Positions 27,105 through 39,695 of a DNA stretch of 64,000 bases are shown here, in pieces. The translations under genes were made by a program, and so were the position numbers. Every line of letters starts with the position of its first letter. The stretch's first letter is position 1. Below the pieces are notes generated by a model, which worked only from the letters and a program-made list of their open reading frames with translations, searched no databases and had not been told where the DNA came from. The DNA is from Camelus dromedarius. Lineage: Eukaryota. The stretch spans positions 72,790,001 through 72,854,000 of the forward strand of contig NC_087437.1 of the NCBI RefSeq assembly GCF_036321535.1, written 5' to 3'.

Positions 27105-28624
27105 GGAAGACAAGGGATATCAAGATGGTGGAACAGGAGGATGCTGAGCTCACCTCCCCCACAAACACATCAAGAATACATCTACAAGACAACAAGAGTA
27201 CACCTACAAGACAAAGACAACAGAACTCCTATAAAGTTATATCTCAACATACCCACAGCTAACAACATACTCGATGGTAAAAAGCTGAAAGCTTTTCCTC
27301 TAGAATCAGGAAGAAGACAAATATGCCCACTCTCACTACTCCTATTTAACATAGTATTGGAAGCTGTAGCCATGGCAAGCAGACAAGAAATAAAAGGCAT
27401 CCAAATTGGAAGGAGAGAAGAAAAACTGTCACTGTTTGCAGATGACATGACCACATATACAAAACTCTAAAGTTTCCACCAAAATTTAATTAGGTCCCTC
27501 CCAAAAAATGGGAACTAATTAAACTTAAAAGCTTTTGCATATCAAAGGAAACCACCGACAAAATGAAAAGACAACTTATTGAATGGAAGAAAATATTTGT
27601 AAATGACATGACCAATAAGGGGTTAATATTCAAACTATATAAACAGCTCATACAACCCAATATCAGAAAAACAACCAACTCGATTAAAACACGTGCAGAA
27701 GATCTGAACAGACATTTTCCCAAAGACATACAGATGGCCAACAGGCACATGAAAAGATGTTCAACATTAATGATCAACAGAGAAACATAAATCAAAACCA
27801 CACTGAGATATCACCTCACACCTGTCAGAATAGCTATCTCCAAAAAGACCACAAATAACAAATGTTGGCAAGGATATGAAGAAAAAGGGACCCTACTACA
27901 CTGTTTGTGGGAATTTAAGCTGGTGCAACCACTGTGGAAAACAGGATAGTGGTCCTCAAAAAAACGAAAAGAGAATTACCATATGATCCAGTAATTCCAC
28001 TCCTGGGAATAGACCCAAAGCAAAAGAAAAGTAATTTGGGAAAATATATGCACCTCAGTGTTCATAGCAGCATTATTTACAATAGCCAAGATATGGAAGC
28101 AACCTAAGTATCCATCAACAGATGAATGGATAAAGAGGATGTGGTATATATACATAATGGAATATTACTTAGCCATACAAAAGAACAAAAATTTCCCATT
28201 TGCAACAACATAGATGAACCTGGAGGATATGCTTAGTGAAATAAGTCAGCTAGAAAAAGACAAATACTATATGTTGGTACTTATATGTGGAATCTTAAAA
28301 AAAAAAAAACAAACATAACAAAACAGAAACCGACTGACAGATATAGAGGACAAACTAGTGGTTACCAGTAGGGGGAGGCATGGAAGAGGGGCAAGATATG
28401 GGTAGGGGATTAATAGAGTTACAAAAACTATGTATAAAATAAGTAAGATATAAGGATATATTGTACAACACAGGGAATATAGCCAATATTTTATAACTTT
28501 AAATGTAGAATAATCTATAAAAATGTTAAATCATCATATTGCACATCTAAAACTAATTTAATATTGTAAATCAACAATACTTTAAAAAGTTAAATAAATA
28601 ATAAGTAAAAAAAGGTGTCCCCCA
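27105..28624 (+). mobile_element. Internally deleted LINE-1 (5' head, RT fragment, ORF2 end, 3' UTR) nested in an older L1
   Basis: RT peptide [37 protein letters not shown]...LSLFADDM and C-terminal peptide [16 protein letters not shown] aaatg(g/a)gtgaaga at 27092-27104 and 28625-28637. Confidence 0.88.
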
Positions 28625-29495
28625 AAATGAGTGAAGAATATGAGTGTGTCAAAATAAAAATTAACAACTAAAAATATGAAAAGATGTCCAACTTTATGCA
28701 CAAATAAAAGCAAGCAAATTAAAACACCATTAACTTAGCAAATTGAAAATTTTTGATAATACACAACCTTGCCAAGTGTATGAAGAACAAGCTGCACGTA
28801 TAAACTGTTACTCAAAGTGTCACCAGGAAATACAATTTTTTGAGAGTATAATTTGGAAATTTGATTAAAACAAATAGCATGCAAACTCTCTGACCTACCA
28901 ATTTCACTTTTAGTAAGTGATCCTACAGACACACTTGCACAATTGTACTAATATAATATATATATTCTAGAATGTTTGCTGCCTATAGATTTTATTAGTA
29001 AAAAGCTAGAAACAGTTTAAATAGTATTTCCAAACAACAGAATACTAGTCAACCATTAACAAGAATGAGGCAGAGCTGTGTATAGTGATATGCAAAGATG
29101 CTCAAGACATTCAGGGAGGGAAAAAGTCATGCAGAACACTGTGCATATGTATATGTGTGTCTATGTCTGTAATATATGGCTGTGCACAGAAATATTGGGA
29201 AGGCATGTCAGACATTTTGTGCTTCTCTCGCAGGTGTACAACTGGAAGGGGGCAGGGAGAAGAAAATTTTTTCTCTTTCTACTTTTCTGCACTGCTACAT
29301 TTTCTGGAATGCAAATTTGTTACTTTATAGTAAACATTCTCATTTGCTGTGCCATGTTTAGCTAATTACCTCTTAGATTGAAGGTTCACTGAAAACATTT
29401 TGGAAAACAAGCGTGATAAACCTGTGATGTCTAGGCCAGCGCAGATGCACGGCCCTAGGTCCTAAGTCCCAGTCTCTGGGCCCTGCCAGCTTTAC

Positions 29496-29879
29496 CTTTG
29501 GTAGGATACTTAGGTACGTGGACTCGCTGGAAGTTTTCAGAAAGGCAGAGGAGGGTGGTGGGGGAGTCCTGGTGAGGTCCCTGAGCAGTTCATCATTCCT
29601 GGTGCTCCTGGGGGAAAGGAAGCTGGCACTGCTCTGACTGAGGCTCCCAAAGACAGCCAGGTCCGCATCGTGGAGAGAGCTTTTCTGGTGGCACCTGTAT
29701 CTGGTATCAGGGCTCACCAGGGCTTCTTCAAACACAGACTCCTCGTCAGAGAGCTGCAGCTTCTCCAGCTCCTTATTGATCTTCTGCACATCTGCCACGG
29801 TGGTGCCAGTGGACAAGCGACTGTCAGGCTTTGTGTATTCAGCACAGAGACTGAGGATGGTCTCCAGACGCTGTCTCTC
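29496..29879 (-). CDS. PHLDB2: PHLDB2 exon 3, 128 codons (ERQRLETILSLCAEYTKPD...YLSILPK)
   Basis: Acceptor tgtgttctag|GAG, donor AAG|GTAAAG, 384 nt, phase 0/0. Continues the LL5 motif EMERL-ERQRLETILSLCAEY. Overlaps ORF 29373..29816. Confidence 0.96.
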
Positions 29880-31273
29880 CTAGAACACAGAGGAGGGAAG
29901 GTCAGTGAGTTTTTGAGAAGGAGACAGCTCCAAACAAGAAGACTAAAGAGAGGCTGGGATTACGGGTGATTTCAACCCACACAGACAACCACACAGATAC
30001 TCAGCTGGTGATGATTTTCCATCATCTTTGATATACCCATTTATAGCTGCAGATGAAGCCTGGGTTTACAATGCCTGACTTTCCTTCCAAACTCAATTCT
30101 GGTTGCCCCTTATATCTGTATACCCCAGTGCTGGTCCTAGCACATACAAGCACCCACTGAGCCTTTTTTTGATTTATCAATGCTCCAAATATTTCAAAAG
30201 TTTTTTAAGATTTCCCTTTAAAAATCTTCGCCCTCTTCCTTCCCTTTATTACCTAGCTTCAACAATACCTAGCTCTTTCATCACTGTAGACTTAATGTTT
30301 GTGCTTACAATTAATTGTCTGTTTCCTAAAGAGATATTCTACTGTTAGACACACAAAAGGAAAACACTACTTTAAAGATGTTTTAATTTAAAAAAAAGTT
30401 TTAGTTTAAAAGGCATATGGGATCTTCAACTTTTTTCTTGAAATACTTCACATTTTTCAATTTTTTTTGTCTTATCACCATGTAAAGGTCTTTTCCACCA
30501 ATTTCTCATATGAATAATTAAATTAATTTTTAAAGTGTTGTAAGAAAAAAAAGAACATTTAACATCATGTCCAGATAAAGGACATCAACATATTTCAGAT
30601 TGTGAGATCATTAAATTTTTTATTCATTTAGCTGGAAAATAGAATGATAGTTTATTTATTTTTTAAAAAATCAATACATATGCCATTGATGTAGATAATG
30701 GTACCACTAACTGACATTTCACCAAGGTCCCATGCAAAACAGGTAGTTATTTATGATTTTGGACTTTAAGTACATTAACTATACATTTGTGAACAAGGGG
30801 ATATAATTTACAAATACTCATCATCAGCACTTTTGCCTCTCACATTAATTCCAATGCCAAAATGAAAAGAAAAAAAAATAGCCAAAAAAAAAACAACTGT
30901 TGTGATTACATCTACCACACTGAAAAGAGAATTCAAAAGCCTTCCACAGAAAAACATTTTTCCAAACTAGTTATCAGTTACAAAACAGAAAAATGCTAAG
31001 CAGACTGGGCTGCTGTTTTTCATGTCTAATCGCAGCAAATTTGTAAAGAGAAAATTCTGAAGGCAGTTCACTCTTTATTAGTTGAAGGGGATCAAATAGA
31101 AATGTCAAATAGAAACAGACTACCACAATTCCCTGGTTTCCATTAAATACATTCGTTATAATGACAAAACAGAATAAAATGACTTTTATCCGTCCTCTAA
31201 AGTACTCTCCCCAACCAAAAAATACAATAGCTCGATCAAACGGACTATTAAGCTGGTTCTTCGAAGCCCCCAC

Positions 31274-31375
31274 CTCCCATTCACTGCCTGAACTTCTGGA
31301 CTCCAGCTGCAGCTCCGTCCTCATGGCCTCGCCGCAGGGAAGGCACTCAGAGCTGTTCCACCTCATCCCAGGCAT
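31274..31375 (-). CDS. PHLDB2: Candidate alternative first coding exon of PHLDB2 (MPGMRWNSSECLPCGEAMRTELQLESRSSGSEWE)
   Basis: In-frame ATGs include 31375 and 31324 (GCCATGA). Donor GAG|GTGGGG is phase 0 and compatible with exon 3. Promoter-like motifs lie just upstream. Confidence 0.5.
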
Positions 31376-31407
31376 GTCTGCACAGGTCCATCCAGGAGCC
31401 CTGGTGC

Positions 31408-31436
31408 TTATTTATCTCCGCAGCTGCCACCAGCTG
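31408..31436 (-). promoter_or_regulatory. Candidate internal promoter: two CAGCTG E-boxes and an ATAAATAA TATA-like box
   Basis: Minus strand reads CAGCTGgtggCAGCTGcggagATAAATAAg. E-boxes at 31421-31426 and 31431-31436, TATA-like box at 31408-31415. Confidence 0.45.
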
Positions 31437-32324
31437 CCAAGCCCTACCCACCTCAACGTTGTGGGGAGGGAGCTGGGGGTAGGGGAGACACAGCATTCAT
31501 CGCGTTATTTAAACTTCTCCAACAATCTAGAAAGGTCTGCATGGGCATATGCAGAAACAAGTGCAAGGGCACATATGAGGAAGGGACAGGAACAAGATGT
31601 TGCAATTTACCCCTTCTCAAGAGTATCTGCATTAGAGGCTAATCTCCAAAGAAAAGTTCTCTTTCTGCCATGTAAGGTGATTTAAGTTGAAGCATCTAAA
31701 CTCAGTCTTTGCTAATCTTCATGCATCAGCCTTGACGTTCATGACATTTGGGATTATTGGAAAGTTAGCAGTTTCTATTCACCAGGGCACTAATGAACAA
31801 GTGTGGTCTTCAAAAGCATGACAAGTATTTCTATAATACATAGCAAAATTCCTCCCACATCTCCTTCCCAAAATAGTTTCTTCTGCTGCCAGTGCTATTG
31901 CTTAATTCCAGAGGGAATAAACGATCCCAGACTTAAGATGGATGCTATTTCAGACAGTGAAACAGTATTCAAAGGCTGGTGCACAGGAAGTTTGGTCTAC
32001 TGGTATGTGCTCCTCTCTATTCTTATCACCCCACTCCCAGCCAATCTGTTCAGGCTTGGAGCACACACGCAAGCAGCACCGCTGCCCACGGGTCTAACAG
32101 AAATCCAGGCTGCGCCGAGACACACTGGCCCCGTAAAAGCTGCACTGAAGAAAAATAAGCTGCTGATGAGACCTGCGTCACAAGTCTGCAAGGCACTTCA
32201 GAAAGCATGAGAAGCCTTTTAAGGAAAAGCCTGAACAGAATTTGCCCTCATAATCCTCCCTCGAGCCCACTTTGTCCTGCCCATTCATCACACCAATATT
32301 CTCCACTCTGCATGACCTAAAACG

Positions 32325-32440
32325 AGGGTGGCCATTCCACCCAGGACACTTTTGAGAATCAAATGGGGGCACTATTAATAATTATGCTGGGACAGCAAGC
32401 ACAAACTGGGACTGGCAACCTGAGACGTACGGCTCTCTTC
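32325..32440 (-). mobile_element. MER96-like hAT-Tip100 element
   Basis: Reverse strand tgtcccagcataattattaatagtgcccc...tctcaaaagtgtcc...ggccaccct resembles MER96/MER96B. Confidence 0.6.
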
Positions 32441-33814
32441 CTAAAATTCAGTTTTCTTTGACGCTTCACCTGACAATCTGCTGAGTTAGGCGGCCACCCT
32501 CTTTAAGATCTCCAGTTCCCACCCACCTTTCCAAACCAGCAATCCACTGCACACTGTCCTGAAAAGGCACCAGCAGAGAGCCTAAATGGCCCAAAACACT
32601 GGTTTTCAGGGAGTAGAATGTAGGTCACTTTGAATCACATTATTTAAAACACATTTTAATTTTTTTCTCCCTCTCTATTTTCCCTTTCCTCCATCTCCAT
32701 ATACCACATGCATCAAAGAAAGCTGTGAAGGGGACACAAGAGCTTAACAAATATACCTGAAGAACAGGGTGCACAGTTCTTTCCCTGAGTGGTCAAAAAT
32801 AAAAAAGCTGTCTTTTTCACCTCAGAGCTTGCTTTCTTTTTCAGAGGAAAGCATCTGGTGTTGTCCCACTGGAGTTCACAACCCTCAGTCGGGGACCTCA
32901 TCCATCTCCTCTACCCATCCAGTCCTCTCGTAACCAACAGCAGCCAGCCCAGGCCGTGGGACCACAAACATAACACAGAAATAAATTATGCAGAAAGTCA
33001 GGTGCTGATACTTAAGCATAGGTAAAGTTTTTGTCAAAATCCCTCTTTTATAATTAAATGTGTTGGGTCATTTATTACCTAAAACGAAGGGTCAACTTTT
33101 AATGATTTAAATACTTTAGTTGAAAAGAGTTTTTTTTTTCTCTATTTAAGATGACCTATTACAACTGATAAATGTGACCTCTCTCTTCTGTTAACTCTAA
33201 GGATTCAATGTCTCCATATCTTCAGTTCAGTGATAATCTATTGAGTTACTCTCTGCCCAGTAATGTGCTAAGGATACAAAGAGGAAAAAAGACAGCATTT
33301 CTACCCTCAGATCTTTAACAAGAGGCACAAATAGTCAATCAAAGACACAGCGATAACAGAGGTTTACAAAAAAAAACCCTATGGATTCTTTTATGGGAAA
33401 GCAATGCACAAAAATTACAGAAAAAGAAATTTGAGTTGAGTCCTCAGGATAAATAAGTCTGCCTGGTCTGCTGGGCAAGTGGACAGGCATTTCTGTAAAG
33501 GAACCATATAAACAAAGGGCATAGAGTTGTGGATTATCATAGCATGCTCAGAGATCAGCAACTACTATGTGACAAGAGAGATGGGGTTCTTTGGAAGAAG
33601 AGGGATGAGGTACCTGCAAGACATGGGCCAGATTTCTTCCTCTTTATATCAGGACTCAATGATCCCAATATTCTAAATTAACTCTGGGAATAAATTCATA
33701 GAGTTCACCAGCAAGAGTCACAGACCTTGGTCTGAAAGTGGACAGCAGACTGAAAAGAGCTGGAGTTGACAGCAAGTAACCAGAACTTCCAAGTTTCCAC
33801 GATCTAGTCCTGAC

Positions 33815-34375
33815 ATCTCAATTAGGTAGGAAGGTCATCTCTGTCCTACCCGATAGGAGTGTTTTTGTTCATTAGGGCAAGGTTGGCCACACCAGATAAC
33901 CTAAGGGTGGGGACTGGCCACTCTAGAAAGACCAACCAAGTGATTTAGTGTGGAAGCTTTAGGTCACGGGGTATCAATCAACCTGGAGACAGAGATTAAC
34001 AATGTGGGCAATCAATCAATCATGCCTATGTGATGAAGTCCTATAAAAACTCCGGACACACTCAGGTAACATTCCCTGGTGGCACACTCCATGTGTGTTG
34101 TCACACACCAGTGGGAGTACAGTAACAAATTCTGACTCCAAAGGGAGGGGACAGTGGAAGCTTCATGCTTGGAAACTTCTGACTCTGCCTTCTGTGTCTC
34201 TTCCTTTGGTTGATACTTATCCATAGCCTTTCCCTGTAATAAACAATATTGTGACTATAATAGCTTTCAGCGGGATCTGTAAGTCTTTCTGTGCAATTAC
34301 TGAACCTGAGGGTGGTCTGGGGAACACCCTGAACTTGCAGTTAGTATCTTGGAGACAGTGCCCTTTAACCTTGTC
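33815..34375 (+). mobile_element. Solo LTR, MER21-like
   Basis: TATA-like cctataaaaactccggacac, polyA signal ttccctgtaataaac, and tail actgaacctgagggtggtctggggaacaccctgaacttgca. Boundaries are approximate. Confidence 0.7.
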
Positions 34376-35049
34376 ATTAGCCTTATAATGACCCAAACAT
34401 GGCCTCAGTATCGTTTTTATCAGTTGAGAAAAACGACCTGATTAAGAAACAGTACATATAAGTAAGGAGTTCTTATTGTTTGGTTTTACAAATTATCTTC
34501 ATGGAAGTTAGTTCAATATCTAGCTAAAAATATTTTATTTTATAAGCTGGCTGGGAAGTCTGCATTCAGGCTTGTGGTGAGGAATGTGCTTTACTCTGCC
34601 AGCCGGAGTTTAAGCAGGTGTGTGTGTGTGCCCCACCAGAAGGGCTGAGCTGGAAAGACGCACATCCGACAAATAAAAGATGATTTTGTGGGACTGTGTC
34701 TGTTCCGGAGGCAACTGCAAGATATTCGAAGAGTTACTAATAATGTGACAGCTACTAATTGATAAACAAACATTTGTTATACACCTATAACTAGTAGGAC
34801 GTTGTATCACATACACCTACCCTCCCCCACAGTAATGGATAACCAAGGACCAACGGAGAGTAAGACATGTGCAAGTAACTAGGACCACTTACCACTCAGT
34901 GAGTTTTCAGTACCTGCTTCTCAAATATACTCAATACACTCCAATGCACAGACACTGCCGAAGGAGATCCAGGCCATCTTGCTTAAACTCCGTAAATATC
35001 CCTCCTCTGTCATCTTTATCGAGCTGGTCCTCCTTTCCTCACTGTACCA

Positions 35050-35290
35050 TAGTGGCTGAAAGCAGGAACTCTGGGGCCAGACTGCTTGGACTTGAATGCT
35101 GACTCCATAGCTACTGGTGTGGCCCTAAATGACTCGAGTCATTTAGCTTCTCTGAGTCTTAGTATAAAACAGGGGATTACTGGAGTATCTATCTTACAGC
35201 GTGGTTGTGAAAATTAAAAAAAAAAATATGGCTGGCATTTAGAATGGTGTCCAAGACACAGTAAACACAATAAAAGAATTAGCTCAGTTT
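35050..35290 (+). mobile_element. MIR SINE
   Basis: actctggggccagactgc...agtcatttagcttctctgagtcttagt...gttgtgaaaattaaa...acacagtaaacacaataaa. Confidence 0.7.
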
Positions 35291-38200
35291 TCTAAGGACA
35301 GTCTCTCAGTCTTTCCAAGGCAAAGCCTTCTGTCTGCACTACTGTACCCGTATTCCCTCCCACCATCCTTGTGGCTTTGATCAATCAATTATCCCGTCTC
35401 CTAAACTCTTTATTTCCTTTCTACTGACTTCTTCCCCTGTCTGAAAATGTACTCAAATTCCTTATCTCCCCACTCAAAGTCTAAACAATAAATTATTCTT
35501 ATCAGGTCACGCAGTAGCTCTCTCCTCCTACATCCCCTCTTTCCTTCACGCCCCAACACCCTACACCCCCATCTCAAAGAAGCTGCCAATGCGCAACACT
35601 TCACTTCCATCATTCCCAGCCCTTTGCAGTCTGGGGCAGTGTGCCCTGCCTTTGTGCAGACTGTACGTCCTGTAAGTGAAGACACACCTCTCACTTCTCC
35701 AGGAAAATTAGGGGCAGAGTGACCAGAAACAGGAGAACCACTTTGAAATAAAGATAGGAGGGGAGCTCAGTAACTCTGTCATCTTATATTTTATGATTTG
35801 TGGGGCAAATTGGCTTCTCTTTCCCACAGAACAGCTGGACTTTTAGAGGGGAATCTGTGTTAAGTTTGATTAAGTGGAAAGAACATTTATTTGGATTTGA
35901 AGCTCTGGCACTTACCAGATCCATAACACAGAAGTTTTTTTATCAAGTTCAACCTTTCAAGTCTACTACCTGGCCTATAAAGCAGAGATGGTAAAATTAG
36001 CGCCCACTTTAGGTTCTTGGAGAAATCAATAAGGGAGTGTGTATGAGAACACTTTATACACTTTATACCATAAAGTTTAAAATTGGTGCTATATAGCAAG
36101 TGCTCAGTGTTTGTTAACCATGATTAGGGATGGTTTCCATCAAAAATTTGATGTGAAGTAGATAATTGCCCTGTCGGTCCTGGGGAACCATCTCTAATAC
36201 TGGTTTAACAAGCAAACCTAAAAACCGAACCCGATTGTTTTCATGCAAAGGAAATACAGGAAAAATATGTTATGCAGCCAAATGTCTCTCTGAAAATTCA
36301 CACATCTGTGGGATTCTTTGCCAGTCTGGAAAGAGAGAGAATTCCCTCACTGCCCCAAAATTTCTCCCTGGGGTGGATCATGTGCCTGAGCCCAGTCGCC
36401 ATAATAACCTGGGGAAGGAGTCTTTTCTGTCTCTCACTGCCGTTTGGTCCCTCTATCCCCAACAAGACAGAGCATCATGTATTCCCTACAGCAGAGCAAG
36501 TCCAGTGGAGTAACTTCTAGACAGAACTACCTTCCATGAAATCCATTCTTCTATCCAGCACATACACTTCACCCTTGACATAAAACTCAAGTGTCTAGTG
36601 TGAACTAGACACTTGGCTCCAGCTCCCTTGGCTCCAGCTCAAACACCAGAGATAATCAGTGTCCCTGCCCTATGAGTGCATGCCTCTCTCAAATACCTGA
36701 GGGACTTATCACATCCTGCCTTTCCTCATACCCAAAGAAATTCAGTTTTTAATCTCACTTCATAAATCAAATCCTCACACTCCTGATTGTTATTTTTAAT
36801 TACTATTACTCACTGGTGTGTAAATAGCTCCCTTAAACCCACTTGCCTATACTTTCTAGCTGTCCTCCTATTCTGGAAGGAGCTTATACTTGAAAAAAAA
36901 AATCTGTCTACCTACTTATCTATCTATTAATAAATTTACTAAATATATTCAATTAATATATTTAATAATTTAATAATATATAATGTTATACAATTATATA
37001 GATAATATATAATACATATATATGCTGAGGTAACATTTATTTTGATTTTCATTTACATCAGACGTGTCCTAAAATGTTATCACTTGAGTAAACTAATGCT
37101 GTTACTTTTTCACCCTCGAGAATGTTTTCTCAACTTGCTTTTTCTGCCTCTAGTTATTCCTTGCATCTGTTAGGTAGACTTAAGTTAATCTCTGACCACA
37201 ATGACTATCTAACTAGGATCTTCTGCATTTTAGTCCTTTTCTGATGCCTTTTTGCATCACGTTGCCGTTTAAACTCAACTGACAGACATGAGAGCTATGA
37301 AAAATTTTACTTTTATAAAATATCGGGGTTGAGGTGAACTACTTAAAATTTACAAGTCATCATTTGAAAGAAAAGGCCCATTATGAATTACCCCACAACA
37401 TTATTGCTTCTACTCAGGCATTTTAAGGTGGAAAATAATACACTTCTCCCTGTACACTAAAAAACACTGGCTGTAGAGAAAGGAAATTCATGTGATTAAA
37501 ATGACCATAATTTCCACAATGTCTAAGAAAAATACGCCAGATACTACATGAACATAATATCTCTTACATGGACAGTGTTTTGGAAGAAAATCTACATGGT
37601 GCCTGAGCCCCTTCTGTTAAAGAGATTATGCTATTACCCACACCATTAAAGAAAACATGACAAAATAAAGTCCGATAGGGCTGTCATTTGTTTACATTTT
37701 CACCTTGGCTTAACTAAGTTTCAGAGGATCTTTTTGTTTTTTGTTTTCCCTGAAAGACCACAGTTTACAAAATACAACCCATTGACATGCTTTTAGAATT
37801 TTATGTAGTGTTTTATTTTGTTCAATCAAAACCAGTGCATGAGAGGTACCACAACTCAATCTTCACATTTGAAAATCTATCCTAAAAAAAATAAAAGAAC
37901 TCTTTTTTTTTTAACGCATAAAGAAGTCGGTGAAGTAAAAAAGTAGGAAGTCTAAGGTGTGAAAAAAGGGGGGTGAGCTATCACATATCAACTGAAAGCA
38001 TTGCCATGCAACTATTTATGGGAGATACAGCTCATGGAAAATGCTGTGTGTTAAATTTTAAAAGCATGCTATAGAGTTTCATATATAGAAAGTCAAAATA
38101 AACAATGACATGTCTTCTTTCTATACTGGAGTTGCTGGGATAACTTTCAAAAATTCTAATCTCCGCCTAACATGACTTAGGCCTTGTTCTTCGTGATCTG

Positions 38201-38589
38201 ATGGAAAAGGCAGACTTTCAAAGTTATTGTTATTCTATAACAGCTATTATTCTATAATAACAAAGTCCCTGTTATTCTATAATCAAAGTGAAAGAATAAT
38301 AAAGGAGAAACTTGTTCTTTTTAATTTTACTTAGCATTTTCTTAAAATTGTCTTTTCTCTAAACTGCAATCTAACCTACATCTAATCTAATCTAAACTGC
38401 AATCCCAAAGCTAGGGTAGGGTCTTAGCAATTTTGAATGAGAAAAAATATCCATTTTTCCAAGCCAAAATTCCTCAATAGAACATGCTCCCACAGAAATA
38501 TTTCCCCCTCATAGTCAATTAGACTTCACCAGAGCAAAGTTTTTGGCTATTTTGAATTTTAAAAAACCAATCTTACTGATTTCTCCTTC

Positions 38590-39695
38590 TGGGAAGTTGG
38601 TGTAGAGGTCCTTTTCCCTATTCTTCTAAGCACAACTAAGAACCCTAGACATTTTGTATATAAGACAAGTATAAGACCCTGAATGATGGAGAGAAGGCAG
38701 TAGGTCAGCTAGGAATCTAGGGACTCAAGGAAAAGCAGAGATGGGTACCCTTGATTTTCTTTGGCCTCATAAATCCCAAACTTGAAGCTGGAGAAGAGGC
38801 AACAACATGCAACAACCTGGCTCAATCTCTAGACAGAGGTGCAGAAATGAAAAAAACCCAAACTCAAAAGGCTGCATAGTATATGATTATGCTTATGTAA
38901 CATTCTGGAAATGACAAGATTATAGAAATAGAGACCAGACCAGTGGTTGCCAGGGATTGAGGAGGAGATGAGGGTAGGAGGAAAGCAGGAGTGGCTAAAA
39001 AGGGAAAACAGGAGAAAGTCTTGTGGTGTTAGAGCTGTTCTGTACTTTAACTGGATCACTGTCGATACCCTGACTCCATAATAGATTTGTTTCTTTTACT
39101 TTAACCTTTGTATTTTATTGCTTTTGCTATAAGTTAAGAATGCAGCCTATAGCCTGAAATATACAAGATAACCAGTTCTCAAGGCTCTGACCTTTAAAGA
39201 TATAACGCTTTTCCATTCACGTAGACACAAAAAGTTGCAGAACAGAGAATAACATTTCTCTCACTGGAGGTTTACAGAAGCATCCTGATCTGACCCATGC
39301 AGACAGCTGCAAGAACAAAGTCCACCAAGAAGTTCGCAAAAACCAACCCCATCTCCTCCCCTTTTAGTATAGAAGAAGCCTGAATTCTAACTCTGGTAAG
39401 ATGGTTCTTTGGGACACTAGTCCACCATCTACTCAGTCTGCTGGCTTTCTGAATAAAGTCGCTATTCCTTGCCCCAACAGTTTGTCTCTCAATTTATTGG
39501 CCTGTCACGGGGCAAGCAGTACAAGCTTGGACTCATTAACATTGGTTGTGACATTACACTAGAGTGTGCACCATACAAGATGCTACCTCTGGAGGAAACT
39601 GGTAACGGGTACATAGGATCTCCCTGAATTATTTCTTATAATTAAATACACGGGAATCTACAACTACCTCAAAATAAAGAGTTTAACTTTTAAAA
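38590..39695 (+). mobile_element. Old L1 (L1MC/MD-like) 3' region interrupted by a solo LTR
   Basis: aaaaggctgcatagtatatgatt...cagtggttgccaggga before the LTR and caagatgctacctctggaggaaactgg...ctcaaaataaagagttt after it. Confidence 0.65.
39071..39541 (+). mobile_element. Solo ERV LTR (ERV1-like)
   Basis: TG...CA termini, TATA-like ttttagtatagaagaagcc, and AATAAA in gaataaagtcgctattccttgcccc. The flanks rejoin as L1 sequence. Confidence 0.75.

Noticed and set aside
31161..32210. Plus-strand ORFs of 174 and 135 aa
   Set aside because: No homology recognised. They overlap GC-richer promoter-like sequence, where stop codons are rarer.
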